A DNA stretch of 64,000 nucleotides from Thermodesulfobacteriota bacterium. Its GTDB lineage: Bacteria > Desulfobacterota > Desulfobaccia > Desulfobaccales > 0-14-0-80-60-11. The notes below the pieces were generated by a model. That model made no database searches, was not told the DNA's origin, and saw only the letters and a program-made list of their open reading frames with translations. The stretch lies in contig JBFLXM010000010.1 in the NCBI GenBank assembly GCA_040757175.1, positions 3,390 to 67,389 on the forward strand. The letters run 5' to 3'. The position numbers were made by a program, and so were the translations under genes. Of this stretch, positions 56,790 through 64,000 are shown piece after piece; positions within the stretch are counted from its first letter, which is position 1; each line of letters starts with the position of its first letter.

Positions 56790-57587
56790 ATGACCCGGAA
56801 ATATTCATTAACCATCTTCGCTATGTTGTCCCTCCTCCTCGCTCTCTCCCTCACCGCCCAGGCCGCGGCCGTGGGCCGCTTCCTGATGATGGAAGGCCAG
56901 GTGGACCTCCTTAAGGGCGGAAAACTCCCGGCCCAGGCCGCCACTCTCACGGACCCCGTGGAAGTAGGGGACGTGATCCGCACCAAGTCCAAATCCCGGG
57001 CCCAGGTGCTCTTTGTGGACGACACCGTCCTCACCCTGGCCCCGGAGACCCGGGTGGCGGTGGCGGATTATTTCTATGACGGCTCTAAAGGCGTGCGCCG
57101 GGCCCTCCTCCAGGTCTTCCGGGGCCTGGCCCACACCCTGGTGAAACGGGTCCTGGAACTGCAGCAGCCGGATTTTCTCATGCAAACCCACACCGTGGGC
57201 CTGGGCGTGCGGGGCACCGAGTGGTACACCCTGATCCTTCCCCACGGCACCAATGTCTATAATATGGACGGCCTCCTGGAGCTGACTCCCAGCAACCGCC
57301 GCATCCCCGGCAGCCTGCTTCTCCCGGCCCTGAAATACAGCGAGGTCCGCCGGGACCAGGCCCCGGGCCCGGCCCAAGACCTCACCCCCGAGATCCTCAC
57401 CATGCTCCGGAAAATGATGCTAACCGGCCCCCGGGAAATGCTCCCGGACCTCTTCGGCAGGACCTTGCTTCCCCCCGGGATGGAGCCGCCCAAATTGCCG
57501 GAAGCCCTCACCTCCCCTTACGCGCCGGCCTTGACTCCCACCCATCCGGGCCGCCAGGGGCCCTCTACCCCGGGTACCATTCCTTAA
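56790..57587 (+). CDS. Secreted FecR-domain protein with a Pro-rich tail
   Basis: Signal peptide; GDVIRT...SRAQVLFVDDT, T...GVRGT. Confidence 0.8.
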   Translation: MTRKYSLTIFAMLSLLLALSLTAQAAAVGRFLMMEGQVDLLKGGKLPAQAATLTDPVEVGDVIRTKSKSRAQVLFVDDTVLTLAPETRVAVADYFYDGSKGVRRALLQVFRGLAHTLVKRVLELQQPDFLMQTHTVGLGVRGTEWYTLILPHGTNVYNMDGLLELTPSNRRIPGSLLLPALKYSEVRRDQAPGPAQDLTPEILTMLRKMMLTGPREMLPDLFGRTLLPPGMEPPKLPEALTSPYAPALTPTHPGRQGPSTPGTIP

Positions 57588-57773
57588 TCAGCCCCCAGGA
57601 GAGCGCGGCTCCCGGGGGCGCGGGGAGAGAGGCCAGGGACTAAAGGCGGGCGGGACGCCCGCCCTACGGGCCCCTGCTTCTCCCCCCGCAAGCTCTTTTT
57701 AATACCCCCATATTTAGGCTGAAAACTCCTCCCTAAGCGTTGAAACTATTTCGCAAAAACGGTAAATATAACC

Positions 57774-61019
<3,246 letters not shown>

Positions 61020-61123
61020 TGGTTGAGGGGAGGGCCGGGGGACCTGAGGTCCCCCACCCTCTCCTCAAACTCCCCTCCCAACCCCCGCATATATTTGGTG
61101 AAAAGTTAGCAGGCTGAAAGCAT

Positions 61124-61144
61124 GTAGGGTGGGCATCGCCCACC
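61124..61144. repeat. GTAG REP
   Basis: GTAGGGTGGGCATCGCCCACC. Confidence 0.75.
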
Positions 61145-61187
61145 ATTTTTCCTATGGCCATCCCTATTTGTAGTATAATGGGACAGG

Positions 61188-61424
61188 ATGCCAACGATAT
61201 TCAGAACCGGACCGTATCGTTTCTTTTTCTATGCTACTGATCGGGATGAGCCACTGCACGTTCACGTTGAGCGGGATGATAAGATAGTCAAGTTCTGGAT
61301 CGACCCCATTCGCTTACAATATAGTGTCGGTTTTAGTCGCGTGGAGATTCGTCATATTGAAAGAATTGTCCAGGAACAACGCGTGAAACTAATGGAGGCG
61401 TGGCATGCCTACTTCAGCAGTTGA
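61188..61424 (+). CDS. DUF4160-type protein (putative toxin)
   Basis: MPTI...GYRFFFY..D..EP.HVHV, KFW, W..YF pattern. Confidence 0.82.
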   Translation: MPTIFRTGPYRFFFYATDRDEPLHVHVERDDKIVKFWIDPIRLQYSVGFSRVEIRHIERIVQEQRVKLMEAWHAYFSS

Positions 61425-61707
61425 ATTACAAATCCCCAATGTGGAGAACCTGACCGTAACTGAGGACACTCTAACGGTGGAACTCAGTGATGGCCGGACG
61501 CTTTCCGTGCCTCTGGCCTGGTTTCCCAGACTATTCCATGCCAGTCCGAAAGAGCGGGACAACTGGCGCCTCATCGGCAAGGGACAGGGGATACACTGGG
61601 AAGACCTGGATGAAGATATAAGTGTTGAGGGATTATTGGCCGGTAAACCTTCCGGAGAGAGCCAAAAGTCGTTTAAGAAGTGGTTGGAAGGGCGGGCATT
61701 ACTGTAG
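61405..61707 (+). CDS. DUF2442-type protein (putative antitoxin)
   Basis: L.DGR.LSVPLAWFPRL, GIHWEDLDEDISVEGLL. Confidence 0.85.
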   Translation: MPTSAVELQIPNVENLTVTEDTLTVELSDGRTLSVPLAWFPRLFHASPKERDNWRLIGKGQGIHWEDLDEDISVEGLLAGKPSGESQKSFKKWLEGRALL

Positions 61708-61764
61708 GGGCGAACCTTGTGTTCGCCCAGTCGCAACCAGGGCGGACACAAGGTTCGCCCCTAC
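61704..61764. repeat. GTAG REP pair supplying the DUF2442 stop codon
   Basis: GTAGGGGCGAACCTTGTGTTCGCCC ... GGGCGGACACAAGGTTCGCCCCTAC; close to 47066-47123. Confidence 0.85.
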
Positions 61765-61813
61765 GTCTAAAACCTTTTTAACTGTTGACTATTAGCCGAG
61801 GCTTGAGGTACTG

Positions 61814-62131
61814 ATGGTAGCAGAAGAAAGCATCCGCGAACTTTGCCAACTCATCGTCCAGGAATTTCAACCTGAGCGCATCATCCTCTTCGGCTCCTAT
61901 GCCTCCGGCAAGCCCACACCCGATTCGGACGTGGACCTCCTGGTGCTGCTGCCTTTCGAGGGAAAAAGCTTCCGGATGTCCCTGGAGATTTTGAACCGCA
62001 CCAATCCTCCTTTTCCCATCGATCTGCTGGCCCGGACCCCGGAGGACACGGCCCGGCGCTACCGGGAGGGCGATCCTCTAATCCGGGAAGCCCTGGACCG
62101 CGGCAAGGTTCTCTATGAACGCGACAGTTAA
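61814..62131 (+). CDS. Minimal nucleotidyltransferase
   Basis: IILFGSYASGKPTPDSDVD, GKVLYE. Confidence 0.88.
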   Translation: MVAEESIRELCQLIVQEFQPERIILFGSYASGKPTPDSDVDLLVLLPFEGKSFRMSLEILNRTNPPFPIDLLARTPEDTARRYREGDPLIREALDRGKVLYERDS

Positions 62132-62495
62132 GGAATGGCTGGAAAAAGCGGAGAAAGATTACGCCACGGCCCGCCGGGAACTGGCCGCCCAGGAAGACCC
62201 CAATTACGACGCGGTCTGTTTCCATGCCCAGCAATGCATCGAAAAATTTCTGAAGGCGCTATTGATTCAGCGGAACGTCTTGCCTGGCAAGACCCATGAT
62301 CTTGCCTATTTGGTCCAACTCCTCGCCCCTGTTTGCCCGGAATGGTCCTGGCCGATGGAGGACTTACGCTTTTTGACCCGGGCCGCGGTGGCCTTCCGGT
62401 ATCCCGGTGAAGCCGCGGACCGGGAGGATGCCGCCCAAGCCTTTGACCTCGCCACCCGTTTGCGAGAAAAATTGCGTTCTTTATTGAAAGGTTAA
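62115..62495 (+). CDS. HEPN-domain protein
   Basis: FHAQQCIEKFLKA, KTHDL, RYPG. Confidence 0.87.
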   Translation: MNATVKEWLEKAEKDYATARRELAAQEDPNYDAVCFHAQQCIEKFLKALLIQRNVLPGKTHDLAYLVQLLAPVCPEWSWPMEDLRFLTRAAVAFRYPGEAADREDAAQAFDLATRLREKLRSLLKG

Positions 62496-62508
62496 AGCGA
62501 AGATAAAG

Positions 62509-62575
62509 CACAAACCGGAAGCCTGTGCCACCATTTCTTGGCCGATTAAAATCGCAGGCTGAAGCCTGCGGCTAC
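62509..62575. repeat. Two REP-type hairpins (GTGG and GTAG ends, minus orientation)
   Basis: cacaaaccggaagcctgtgccac and cgcaggctgaagcctgcggctac. Confidence 0.6.
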
Positions 62576-62646
62576 CAAAAATATGAAAATCATGTTAAAG
62601 TTTCCACATGGTTGGATTTAAATCTGCCGAACCTGCCATTAGGCCG

Positions 62647-64000
<1,354 letters not shown>

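Noticed and set aside
54468-57773. Integron cassette array
   Set aside because: No intI and no recognisable attC sites with RYYYAAC/GTTRRRY ends.

Overview
This 64-kb GC-rich chromosomal window most resembles a Desulfobacterota/deltaproteobacterial anaerobe; the Desulfobacca-like assignment is inference from gene order and repeat style. The backbone is housekeeping: gatCA, split transketolase, two S41 proteases, der, an 11-gene complex I-like operon (nuoABCDHIJKLMN, no nuoEFG), ispE-prs-pth, an aminotransferase-serA operon, motAB, comEC, slt, mscS, an ABC pair, carA/carB and a truncated purF. The intergenic DNA carries the most unusual structure. (1) Period-7 (and period-9) tandem tracts of at least six unit sequences sit with a mostly consistent polarity just after stop codons and just before or inside starts. 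Several form inverted pairs that could zip an mRNA shut around inserted cargo, including an AT-rich gene where rplY usually lies. (2) A RAYT transposase sits between 57-bp inverted arms, with two gene-less copies elsewhere in the window. (3) Nested MITEs and several REP families occur, one of them in-frame inside carA. Protein-level highlights are a catalytically dead CtpA paralog directly upstream of an intact CtpA, a membrane/iron-sulfur-flavoprotein/SCP2 fusion with an internal ribosome-binding site, and three toxin-antitoxin-like pairs around carA/carB. No rRNA, tRNA or CRISPR array was seen. All calls come from reading the sequence; no searches were run.
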